Position numbers and translations under genes: made by a program
Part shown: positions 21,371-31,824 of the stretch, in pieces
Layout of the letters: each line of letters begins with the position of its first letter
Position numbering within the stretch: position 1 is the first letter of the stretch
DNA from: an uncultured Pseudomonadota bacterium
GTDB lineage: Bacteria > Oederibacteriota > Muellerivitia > Muellerivitales > Muellerivitaceae
Reading direction: 5' to 3'
Assembly: GCA_963843375.1 (NCBI GenBank)
Contig: CAWJKT010000006.1
Coordinates: 192,001-256,000, forward strand
Length of the DNA stretch: 64,000 nucleotides
The notes under the pieces: model-generated
The model's input: the letters and a program-made list of their open reading frames with translations, nothing else
The model's database searches: none
What the model was told of the DNA's origin: nothing

Positions 21371-23726
21371 TCAATTGAGTTTAATATTCACCATCTCTTC
21401 AATTTCCCTGATAAAGGTCCTTTGCTTTTCGTTAACCGGACGAATAAAAAATACTTGTTTCCGTGCTCTTGTGATTGCCACGTACATCAGATGTCTTTCC
21501 TCAGCAAACCGGAAGTTTTCCCTTGGGGCCGCTACCAAATCCAACACAGGGTCATCTTCAATTACGCTCGGGAAGCTGTTCTTCTTGGGCGGTATAATAA
21601 AAACATAATCCGCTTCCAGCCCTTTTGATTTATGGATTGTCATATATTCGATCTTTAGGTTTTTAAAGGCTTTTTGTAAATCAGAAAAATATTCCGGGAC
21701 ATCTTCGTTGTAACGCCCTAAAAAGTAGACGCTGGCCCCCTTGTCTTTTTCAGTCTTATCGATTGATTCAAGGAACATTTTTCACGACGCCTCGATTATG
21801 AATTCTAACAACTTGGTTAATTTTCTGGGTTTGATGAAAACTTCTTACCGACTTTGAGCGTTGATGAGGATTCTTTGTGATGAACTTTTTCCCTAATTCC
21901 ACCACATTGGGGTACGACCGGTAGTTAACACCGATTTCCATGACTTTATTGTTTGGAAAAATTTTTTCAAAATTTTGGATCATTCCCACATCACTTCCAT
22001 TAAACCGGTAGATGGATTGCCAGTCATCGCCGACAAAGAAAAGGCGACAATTGTCGTTTTTATCTCCTATGGCCCGAATTAATTTAATGGCTCCCTGGGC
22101 CGTATCCTGGAACTCGTCGACAATGATGTAACGAAACCTCAAGCCCAAAACCGGGAAAGCCTGAATGACGTATTGGAAGGATTTGTTCAGCATATCGCCA
22201 AAATCAATTTGCCCTTCCGACTCAATGGAAGATTGGTATGAATCGTAGAAGATCCTGAAAATTTTAAGAAAAGCCAGGTTACGTAATCTAGAGATGGAAG
22301 GCCCTTCTTGCGCCTTAACAGTTAAGTCATCAATATTCAGGCCGCTGGTTTTAAACAGATCAGTGAATTTCCTAAGGATTTTTTTCAAGAATTGGCTAAC
22401 ATCACTTTTGCGGATTAATTTATCTAAGTCAACTGGTTGCTCGTTGAACACAACCCCTTCTTTTTGAAGCATCTTCTCCAATTCGGTCTCAAGGATGCCG
22501 TCGGCTTGTTGATGACTATAAGTACAAATTAACTTCGTTTTATTAGCTTTGTGGAGCAATTCCTTCCAGTTCATTCCCTCAACATACCTTTTCTTTTCCT
22601 CACTTGTGAAGAAAGGCGGTGGATTCCCTTTTTTATCCACGCCGAAATGTTCAAGATATATCTGGTAGTCCGTTAAATAAAAATCAGGCTGGTACTGCCT
22701 TTTCTCCAGAGTTTCGGTCGGAATTACATATGGCTTTTCGTATTCAAACCTCACCCCTTTTCTGAAAAGAAAATTCGCGATAACTTTTTCCTCAATGCTT
22801 TTGACTTTGTGGTTTGAAAGTGTATAGAGATCCCCTAATTCCGCTACATACTCATCCCATTCATTTCTCGACTTGAATTCATATTTGGGAATATAAGGTT
22901 TCAGGAAACCAGAGAAATAATTGTTAACCCCTTCATAGAATTCCTTGTTCTTAATGTAAAGCTCTTTAAAAATCTCTAAATCCAGGAAACCTTGGCTGTT
23001 TCGGATGGGAGCATCATCTTCCTCCAAAATCCGAAGCTTCTTTTTCGAACCTCTAGAAATGATCTGGTAACCCAGACTATGGATGGTTCGGCATTCAACG
23101 TCCTCAATTCCGTACCAATCCTTAACCCTTCGTTTCATTTCCCCTGCGGCCTTCTTCCCGAAAGTCAAAAGAAGGATATCCCTCGGATCAACGTTTTTAC
23201 ACTTCACAAGGTATCCTACCTTGGCAGAGATCACGGCGGTTTTACCACTCCCTGCGCCTGCCAAGACAAGAGTGTTGTCCTCGTCACAAATGACAGCGCG
23301 GCGTTGGTCTTCGTCTAATGGATTGAAACCGGATTTATCAAAGAAATCCTTGAATTTAACTAATTCATGATTAACGAAAGCTTCATTATAGGAGCTTCTT
23401 AATTGCAGTTCATTTTTGCATTGGGATTCAAATCCGTTCCATTTATTCCGTAGTCCCGGTTCGATGTCGAAATCGTCCAATAAAGCGAAGCCTTTTTCGA
23501 GAAGGTCAATTGCCTTAACAGACCAACCCTGAGCCTTTTTCTGATTGAAATACCCGCATCGAAATTCCCGATAATCCTCAAATTCTTCGATTAGGGAATT
23601 CAATTGATAATCGAATTCTTTTGTTTTTTCTGGCCCAAGTTTTTGTTTAAGAAAGTTTGGCTTAAGCTTTCTTCTTTTCTTTCCAAACAATCGGAGAAAA
23701 AAAAGGATCAAATTGAAAATTTTCAT
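21371..23726 (-). CDS. UvrD/helicase IV-like DNA helicase with embedded PD-(D/E)xK-like segment (frameshift near 21775)
   Basis: AGAGSGKT, IIVDEFQD, VGDDWQSIYRFNG, NYRS, then TIHKSKGLEAD and EERHLMYVAITRAR in the second frame; insert KSIEE..IANFL..YQPDFYL..IYLEHFG. Confidence 0.85.
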
Positions 23727-24104
23727 TTTTCCACCTTGAATCTTTTACGTTTCTTGAGGTTATACCTCTATCAATTGCTTTAATTCCAACCAAAAACGGG
23801 TTAAATATACCCAGAACCAATTACAAAATGAAATTGACGGTGAAATTGTGCCTTTACAAAAGGGGGGCCGAAAGGTGTTGAGTTATACTGGACAAATGGT
23901 GGGGTTAGACCAATTAAGCCCCAGCGTCCAAGTGGTTCATACCAAGATGCAAATTAGCGATACTCCACAAATAAACTGTGTCGCCAATATTCATTAGTGA
24001 TTCGTATTGTTTTTGATTTATTAAGAAAAGTATTTCTTTGTAAGATTTAATATAGCCGTCGATATCAAAAACATCTGGATTGCTCTAAAAAATCCAATAG
24101 TTCA

Positions 24105-24504
24105 TTACTTATTCCTAAATTCAGACAAAGCATCTAATATTTTTTGTACGTATTTATTTGGATTTTTTAAAAGATCAAATTCCCATATTCTTATTATTCG
24201 CCAACCGTCCTTCTTTAAAACTTTATTAACAAATTTATCTCTTTGGATATTGCCTTCTATTTTATTTATCCAATATTTCTTGTTTGATTTTGGCATCCTA
24301 CATCTCGAGGGATTTCCATGCCAGAAATCAGAATCTATGAATACAATTAATTTCCTACTGCGGAAGACTATATCTGGTTTGCCAAATATCGATTTAACAT
24401 TTCTGGAAAAATATAAGTTATGTTTTTTTAAAGCTTTTGAAATAAACAATTCCGGTTTTGTGTTTGAAGACCGGATATTCTTCATGTTCTTTTTACGTTG
24501 GGCG
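24105..24504 (-). CDS. vsr: Very short patch repair endonuclease, native 5' end removed by the IS3 insertion
   Basis: (AQRKKN)MKNIRSSNTKPE, GKPDIVF, FIDSDFWHG, WINKIEGNIQRD, GWRIIRIWE. Confidence 0.85.
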
Positions 24505-24578
24505 TGACCTGCCCCCCAAAAATCGGTCCAGAAATAAAGTCACAAAAACTTTAAAATGGACCCACAAAGGGGGCATAT

Positions 24579-25732
24579 ATGCCACGCAAAGGACATACTG
24601 CTGAACAGATTATATCCATTCTCCGTCAGGTGGAGGTGGAACAATCGAAGGGAAAAACGGTAGAAGAAGCCTGCCGCGAATCCCAGGTAGCACCTCACAC
24701 CTATTACAGCTGGCGCAAAAAATATGGCGGAATGAAAGTCGATGAAGCCAAGCGCCTCAAAGAGCTAGAAAAAGAGAACGCTAGGTTGAAACACCTGGTG
24801 GCTGATCTCACTCTGGATAAACACATGCTCCAAGAGGTACTCAAGGGAAACTTCTGAGCCCGGCCAAATTGCGCCGGGCGGCCTTGTGGATGATAGAAAC
24901 CTTTCGGGTTTCCCAACGAAGAGCCTGTCAGGTGACGGCTCAACACCGAAACTCGTACCGTTACTTGCCCCAAATCAGGTCAGACGAACCACCCTTGGTG
25001 GCTCGAATGATCGAGTTGGCTTGTATGTATGGCCGATACGGTTACCGACGGATAACGGCCATGCTGAATTGGGAAGGGTTCCGGGCGAACCACAAGCGGA
25101 TTGAAAGGTTGTGGCGGGAAGCAGGACTTAAAGTACCGCAAAAACAGCCGAAAAGACGGAGGCTATGGTTCAACGACGGGTCTTGTTTACGTCTGAGAGC
25201 TGAAAGACCCAACCATGTATGGAGCTATGACTTTGTAGCGGAAAAAACCACAGATGGAAGGCCCTTTCGGATTCTAACGTTGATAGATGAATTCACCCAT
25301 GAGTGTCTCGCCTTGCCGGTAGAGCGGAAGTTCAAGGCCCACGACATCCAAGGGATATTGGCCGACCTGTTCATGCAAAGGGGTGTGCCGGATTACATTC
25401 GTTCGGATAACGGCCCTGAGTTTGTGGCTAAAGAACTCAAAGACTGGCTGCCAAAGGTAGGAGTGAAAACGGCCTACATCGAACCAGGCAGTCCTTGGGA
25501 GAACGGCTACAACGAGAGTTTCAACGGCAAGTTTCGGTATGACTTGCTGGATGGGGAGATCTTCGATACTCTTTGGGAGGCAAGGGTGATCGTCGAGAGA
25601 TGGCGGAGGGAGTACAACACAAGGAGACCGCACAGCTCCTTGAGGTTACTTCCACCGGCACCAGAAGCATGGATCTTAGAACCTAAGACAAGGCCGATGC
25701 CGCTGTTGGGTTCAATAAATCTGCTGGTCTGA
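24579..25732 (+). CDS. IS3 transposase OrfA (24579-24857) / OrfB (to 25732), -1 programmed frameshift
   Basis: HTH orfA; DDE orfB (WSYDF, IRSDNGPEF, PWENGYNESFNG); G_GGA_AAC at 24845-24851 followed by a GCCCGGC/GCCGGGC hairpin. Confidence 0.92.
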
Positions 25733-26942
25733 ACCCCGAAAACTGGTCCAATTATAATGTTAGTTGAAAAATTGGATTTTGGGGGAGGTAGAGATGAGAA
25801 AAAGTCGATTTACAGCCGAGCAGATCGCGCATGCAGTTCGGCAAGCTGAAGCAGGAACACCAATAGCCGAAATCGTCCGTCACCTGGGAGTTTCCCAACA
25901 AACCTTCTTTCGGTGGAAAAAACAATACATAGGCATGGGTGTGTCCGAGATCAGAAGGCTTCGCCAACTGGAAGAAGAAAATAAAAAACTAAAGCAGTTA
26001 GTCGCTGACCTTTCGTTGGACAAACAGATGCTTCAGGATGTGTTATCAAAAAAATACTGAGGCCCGCCAAGAAACGCGTAATGGCCGAGGATTTACGCGA
26101 AAGATATAGGGTGAGCGAACGGCGGGCCTGTAAGGTAGTTCAAATTCAACGGAATAGTTATCGATACCAAAGTACAAAAGATCCACAGGTCGCTTTGCGA
26201 ATGCGGTTGAAGGATTTGGCTGAAACCAGAGTACGGTATGGGTATCGGCGATTGACGATTCTTTTGAACCGAGAGGGTTGGCGCGTTAATCACAAACGCA
26301 TTCATCGGCTCTACCTTGAAGAAAACCTAATGATCAGGCGGAAAACGCCACGTCGTCGAGTAAGTGCCAAAATCAGGATGGACACACTTCAAGTAACGGG
26401 GCCAAACCAATGTTGGGCGATGGACTTTGTTTCCGAAAGTTTGTATGACGGACGGACTTTTAGGATTTTTACGTTAGTAGATCACTTTAGTCGTGAGAGT
26501 CTTGCTGCGGACGCGGGACAAAATTTCACGGGAGAACGAGTTGTAAAAATTTTGGATCGAGTTGCGGCTCAAAGGGGATACCCGCAACGAATTCGAATGG
26601 ACAATGGACCCGAGTTCACCTCGAAGGCATTGGATAAATGGGCGTATCTCAATGGTGTTGATTTGGATTTCAGTCGGCCTGGAAAACCAACGGACAACGC
26701 ATTTATCGAGTCGTTCCATTCCAACTTTCGAAAAGAATGCTTAAATCAACATTGGTTCTTTTCTTTGACGGATGCAAAAGATAAGATTCAGGAATGGAGG
26801 CAGGAGTACAATACGACTCGGCCGCACAGTTCTTTGGGGAACCTGGCACCGCTGGAGTTCGCGAAGCAACGACCAATGACGAAGGTGTCGTAAAAAGAAA
26901 AAAACTAACATTCTGAATGGTACAAAGATGGGGGCCGGCTCA
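25725..26942 (+). mobile_element. IS3-family element (inner), nested in the 3' end of the outer IS
   Basis: TG..CA ends with imperfect IRs sharing AATGTTAGTT; CTGC target duplication at 25721-25724 and 26943-26946. Confidence 0.92.
25794..26893 (+). CDS. IS3 transposase OrfA (25794-26060) / OrfB (to 26893)
   Basis: MRKSRFTAEQI HTH; A7 run at 26048-26054; WAMDF, RMDNGPEF, PTDNAFIESF. Confidence 0.92.
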
Positions 26943-26989
26943 CTGCTCTTTGGTGTGAGTTAATAAATGGTGCAAAAGATGGGGGCGGG

Positions 26990-27532
26990 TCACATTCTTA
27001 TACCAACAATTAGCACACGTTCCCTGAATTGCGGGACTCCATACTCCGCAAAATTATAGAGTTTCGGCTTTATCAAATAACCAGGAACTATTTTTTCAAA
27101 ATCATTAACAATTTGTTCTATTGCTTTTCCAGCATTAGCGGTCAGTAAACCTTTAACATTTTCAGCAACAAATGCTTTTGGCCGCTTAGCATCTACAAAC
27201 CTTAAATAACTCTTGTAGAGATTTCCGCGTTCACCCTCTAAACCGGGGCGTTTCCAAATAACTGAAAAATCCTGGCAAGGAAATCCGCCCAACATAAAAT
27301 CACAAGCGGGTATTGTTTTATCTTTGTAGGGGTCAACCTTCTCAATATCACCCCAAAACATCACATCACCAATATTTTTCCTAAATGTTTGAGCAGCCCA
27401 CTCGTTGTAATCGTTGGACCAAACGACGTCATACCCTTGTTGGTGAAAACCAAGGTCCAACCCTCCACAACCGGCAAATAATGAAATTGTTTTTGGTTTT
27501 TTAATACTTCTCTTCAACGTAGGCTCCGTCAA
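26990..27532 (-). pseudogene. dcm: DNA (cytosine-5) methyltransferase, C-terminally truncated by the IS3
   Basis: Motifs I (FAGCGG), IV (GFPCQ), VI (ENV) and VIII (QFRER); the stop codon comes from the IS end; TRD and motifs IX/X missing. Confidence 0.88.
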
Positions 27533-27969
27533 ATTTTATAGATCATTGATTTTCTGATTTTAGCTGGATGGTAATTAAAATGCCGCATTATTCGGAAACT
27601 TAACTATCCTCCAAAACCCGGCCCATTCCCACTTAGTCTTCAGAAAGCCAACGAATTCCTTGGCTTTTGAGAACCTTTCAAAAAAAAACCGGTTTTTCTC
27701 TCAACTGGAATACCAACCCATAATGAATTGGATTGGTTTTGATTTCATTCGTTCTTCCTATTTTGCCTGATTGCTACACCACTAAACTTTATCAATCTTG
27801 GAGAAGCCTTTCGGGCTTATTGGGAATTGGGGCAATTTCGGAATTGACTAAGCGTTCAAAATAACATTTCACTAGCTTTTGGTTTGAATTGGTACTTGGA
27901 ACCCTAAAGGTAGACGATCGGACATACAGTTCTGTTTGGAATTACCATTAGTGAAAAATCCTTTAAATA

Positions 27970-28015
27970 ATGGCGGGGTTGACGGGGCTCGAACCCGCGA
28001 CCTCCTGCGTGACAG
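27970..28015 (-). repeat. att site: 46-bp duplication of the tRNA-Asp 3' half
   Basis: Identical to 35168-35213 (atggcggggttgacggggctcgaacccgcgacctcctgcgtgacag). Confidence 0.95.
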
Positions 28016-28192
28016 TGAGTCGCAAGCTTTTCGCCGACCTCGCCGGTTGAGTTAGTAAAAAAATTCAGTCCCCAGCACAATTTCAAAGGCCTTTGCCTGT
28101 AAGGGTTTTGCCACCCAAGCAAGCGGAGGCCTTTTTTTGTACGCGACGGTCAAGGACACGGTGCGACGGTCAAAACCCGATTTTGACGGTTG

Positions 28193-28313
28193 AGTTTGAC
28201 ACGTATATGACACCAAACGAGCCCTTAACCGGAGAAAAATGACCTCCTGTTTTCCATGGAGGAGGTCAAAATTCAAGCCGTTTTCCTTCCCCCTTGTCAT
28301 ATACGTGTCAAAC
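28193..28313. promoter_or_regulatory. Putative integrase arm-type sites (19-bp perfect inverted repeat)
   Basis: GTTTGACACGTATATGACA (28194-28212) and its reverse complement (28295-28313); 20/21 match to 35101-35121. Confidence 0.65.
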
Positions 28314-28385
28314 ATGCTCACTTATGAGTGGCAAAAGATAACCAACATTTTTGACGTTAACGACAGGTCCCCGTCGTTGAATTTT

Positions 28386-30350
28386 TTAATTTACCGGAGT
28401 GGTTACTGGAGAAAGTTTCATGTGGTGATGTTTGTAATGGATTGCGCCGGGTTGGGCCATTTGATGAATATGTGTAAATTGGCCAAAGGCCGAAGGCCCG
28501 CCTTTTAATGCGGCATTCTTAAGGGCGGACATTACTTTTTCCTGCTCATCTTTTTGATCCGTCCAATTTATTCCTTTGTCCAAAACAATATCCACCCCTT
28601 TAGTTTTATAAAAATCGGGAAAATCGGAGCTTGTATCCATCCACTCTCCGCCAATGTAAGAAAATATCCAAGGCCATTTGATTGATTCGGCCACTTCCTG
28701 AACAATTATTATGTCGTAATGACCATTCTTTCTTAAGTCCAATACCTGATCGCCTGTTTCAGCCGCATCGCATTCAAAGGAAAATAATTTCTGGTTAATC
28801 AAATCCAAATCATAAATATGAATAAACGCACCGCCGGTGTCCCCGTGACGCCAGACTATTATTCGATATTTATCATTACCCAAGGATTCCATTTCCATTC
28901 TATCAACATGATTCATGCTTCCATCGATCAAGAAGGCTTTGTTAGAGTGGTTCGTAGGAATGAAATATAGGCAATTGTAAAAACCCCATAAATACCCCCA
29001 GCTTGTTTCCTGATATCTTTCCAAATCCTCATTCCCACCAACATTGTCTTCCGAAAAATCAAAGCCTAAATCCCCGAGGGTCTTGAAATCCTGTTTAAAT
29101 TTAATGAAATCTTTTTTTGTGTAATTCGTATCTTCAACCGTATCGTCATCGGCTGAATCATCGGTAGTTGGGTCATATTGGGCAATTTTTGCAATCGGAA
29201 GGTTTGCTTCACCAATTGATTTTGCAAATGCCACAAGACTTTGAGATGCTTTTATCATCCTAAATTCATCTTCACCAAAACCAGGAGACGGAGGTGAATA
29301 CTTCCAAAAATCCTTACCAATTTCGCCTTTCTCATCCAAGGTAAAAGGACGAGAAGGTCGAACATTTTGATCGTCTTTTCGGCCCTCATTAACAAAATAA
29401 TTAATATCTTTTTTTAGCAAATCGCCGTTAAACTTCAAAATATTTCCTCCCGCCAAAACCCAAACATCGTTGTTTTTATCTACAGCCAAACCCTCCATCA
29501 GTAATCGATCGCCTACCTTCCATTGGGCGATGAAATCACCATTGGTATCGAACCTTTCAATGCGGCCATTCGCATCAGCAACATAAATGTTATCATCCGG
29601 TCCACATGCGATTGCCCGTGGAAATAATAGGTGTCCTGATTCACCACCCCGCCCCCCGAAAGCACCCAGGCATTCTCCCCCGGAATTAAACTTAAAAATG
29701 AAATCCTCGGCGGTAATAATGTAGACGTCACCTTTTGAATCAAAAGCGAAATCCCACGAATGAAAAACGGTTGGGAAGGTCAAATTTAGTTTGGGTTTAA
29801 GTTCTAAGGTTTTAAGCGGGGACAAATGCTCGTTGAACATAGTAATTTTACAATTACTTTGAAGTACCCAAAGAAACCCACTCGGATCAAACTTAATATT
29901 CATACAAAAGGACAATCTATCCGTTGTTTTATCCGGCCAATTAGAAATCAGTTTTAATGAATTGTCATATTTCGTAATTTTATCTAAACCTAAAAAGTAA
30001 AAATTATTTTTGCTATCAATTGCTGTTTTCTTGTAACCCAACGGCGAACTCGGGTTAACCTTTATTGGGAAAACACTTGTTTTGGTATTCCCTTCAGAAT
30101 CTAAATGAATTAATTCCGAGGTTCTAGAGGTTAAAACAAAAACTTCCCCTGTAGGATCAAGGGCCATACTTGCGAGTGAATCATTAATATCTTTAGATTT
30201 AGCCGATAAAGGAGCAGAAAATACCAACGGGTTCACAAAATCAACTGAAGGTCCACCGGCAGGTTCTTCAGCTCCAAAAAGACGAGAAAAAAGGAAAAAC
30301 AAGGTCAATATTACTAAATGTGGTTTTAAGTGAATATTTTTATGTATCAC
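28386..30350 (-). CDS. Exported NHL-repeat beta-propeller protein
   Basis: Signal-like N-terminus; NHL repeats (FGGRGGESGHLLFPRAIACGPDDNIYVAD, IERFDTNGDFIAQW); acidic C-terminal region. Confidence 0.7.
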   Translation of the reverse strand: MIHKNIHLKPHLVILTLFFLFSRLFGAEEPAGGPSVDFVNPLVFSAPLSAKSKDINDSLASMALDPTGEVFVLTSRTSELIHLDSEGNTKTSVFPIKVNPSSPLGYKKTAIDSKNNFYFLGLDKITKYDNSLKLISNWPDKTTDRLSFCMNIKFDPSGFLWVLQSNCKITMFNEHLSPLKTLELKPKLNLTFPTVFHSWDFAFDSKGDVYIITAEDFIFKFNSGGECLGAFGGRGGESGHLLFPRAIACGPDDNIYVADANGRIERFDTNGDFIAQWKVGDRLLMEGLAVDKNNDVWVLAGGNILKFNGDLLKKDINYFVNEGRKDDQNVRPSRPFTLDEKGEIGKDFWKYSPPSPGFGEDEFRMIKASQSLVAFAKSIGEANLPIAKIAQYDPTTDDSADDDTVEDTNYTKKDFIKFKQDFKTLGDLGFDFSEDNVGGNEDLERYQETSWGYLWGFYNCLYFIPTNHSNKAFLIDGSMNHVDRMEMESLGNDKYRIIVWRHGDTGGAFIHIYDLDLINQKLFSFECDAAETGDQVLDLRKNGHYDIIIVQEVAESIKWPWIFSYIGGEWMDTSSDFPDFYKTKGVDIVLDKGINWTDQKDEQEKVMSALKNAALKGGPSAFGQFTHIHQMAQPGAIHYKHHHMKLSPVTTPVN

Positions 30351-30396
30351 AATGTCGCCTTTTCATTACCGCTATTAACGACTGTTCCCCAGGTCC

Positions 30397-31053
30397 TCAC
30401 TTATTGTTTTCAAATCCCCAACTCAACCAACTCACGTACTGCTCCGTAAGAGTTTCCGATATATCAATTACTGCATCAGCTTCAGCCTTTGTAACGACTC
30501 TTCCATGCAACGCCGCATTACATAAATCCAAAACTTTTCTTGTTAGTTCAAATTGGTTCGGTGTTATTGCTCTATTTAAAATTAGTCTCTTAAGCAAAAC
30601 TCCCGTCGAATCTCTCTCATCAAATTTTAGTTTGAAACCTTTTACGAGGTTTTTAACCATCGTTTCTATTTCCATACGAAGTCCAGCCAAGGCCCAATTT
30701 GGATCTTCATTGGCTAAATTTCTATAGCGTGCCAAATCAAGTCCACTTAATGAAGGTTGTAAACCGGCTTTTATCATTTTTGAATTTGCTTCTGTTAGTG
30801 GGATAGTTGGCGTTTTCTTTGCACCCTTTGGAGGTTTAGGTGGCTTTGTCTTCATCGAGAGCGCTCTCGCCTCTAGAATCTCTTTTTCGAAATCAAGAGA
30901 AACGCCTCCTGGTAAATTGGCTGATTTGATCCTTCCCAGTAATGCCGACAATTGTCGATGAAATAAAATCACCAAAAAAATTACAACAATCGGCCAAATT
31001 AATGCCTTGATATATTCAAGAACCAAATTCGCAATATCAAACCAAGACTCCAT
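30397..31053 (-). CDS. Membrane-anchored protein with HEPN/DUF4145-like helical C-terminal domain
   Basis: TM ALIWPIVVIFLVILF; ALAGLRMEIE...LDLCNAALHG; GGAG RBS. Confidence 0.55.
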   Translation of the reverse strand: MESWFDIANLVLEYIKALIWPIVVIFLVILFHRQLSALLGRIKSANLPGGVSLDFEKEILEARALSMKTKPPKPPKGAKKTPTIPLTEANSKMIKAGLQPSLSGLDLARYRNLANEDPNWALAGLRMEIETMVKNLVKGFKLKFDERDSTGVLLKRLILNRAITPNQFELTRKVLDLCNAALHGRVVTKAEADAVIDISETLTEQYVSWLSWGFENNK

Positions 31054-31137
31054 TTAAGGCTCCTAATAACCTAATCATTCAAGGCAAGACTTTGTCCACT
31101 ATGGGTTCCAGTTATGGACAACCATCTTTTCTGTTTA

Positions 31138-31490
31138 CTACTCTCGTACCCTAACTCGATCTTTTTCAATAATCCACAATCTCTGGTTCACCTGTTCCTT
31201 GGCTAATAAATCCAAAACAGGGCGAAATAGTTCAACCATTGTGGGCTTATCCTGACGGTCTGACCGGATCACCATAATTCCAGGGTATTTATCGGGCGGG
31301 TAGGCTCGGATATCGGAGAAATCCAGGTCACAGGTGATGAAGGCCCTGCCTTCTTTGGCGCAAACTGCCGCTAAATTCGTGTCGGGATTTCCGGTTAAGC
31401 CTTGGTCATTCACCGTAAGGGCGTCATGGCCGGCTTGTGTCAAAAAATGCTTTATTTCAAAGGGGAGGTTTTCGTCGATTTTGAACTTCA

Positions 31491-31491
<1 letters not shown>
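31138..31491 (-). CDS. DUF5615 PIN-like toxin
   Basis: MKFKIDENLP, GHDALTV, PDTNL, RAFITCDLDF. Confidence 0.85.
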
Positions 31492-31754
<263 letters not shown>

Positions 31755-31824
31755 CTATTCCTCTTTGAAAGCCACCCATGGAACTATAAGACCCAACCAA
31801 AAGCTAAATAAGCCCCCTCTGATG

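Larger units (their letters stand above)
24505..26992 (+). mobile_element. IS3-family element (outer), interrupted by a second IS3
   Basis: IRL TGACCTGCCCCCC at 24505 and IRR ..GGGGGCGGGTCA ending at 26992; orfA/orfB inside; no target duplication at the flanks. Confidence 0.88.

Noticed and set aside
26943..26963. Minus strand reads LTHTKEQ, resembling the missing Vsr N-terminus
   Set aside because: This segment lies inside the outer IS, between the inner IS duplication and the outer IRR, and encodes the transposase's last codons on +. The likeness is coincidental.
27970..28015. Second tRNA-Asp gene
   Set aside because: Only the 3' 45 nt are present, with no D-arm or 5' acceptor strand. It is an att site.
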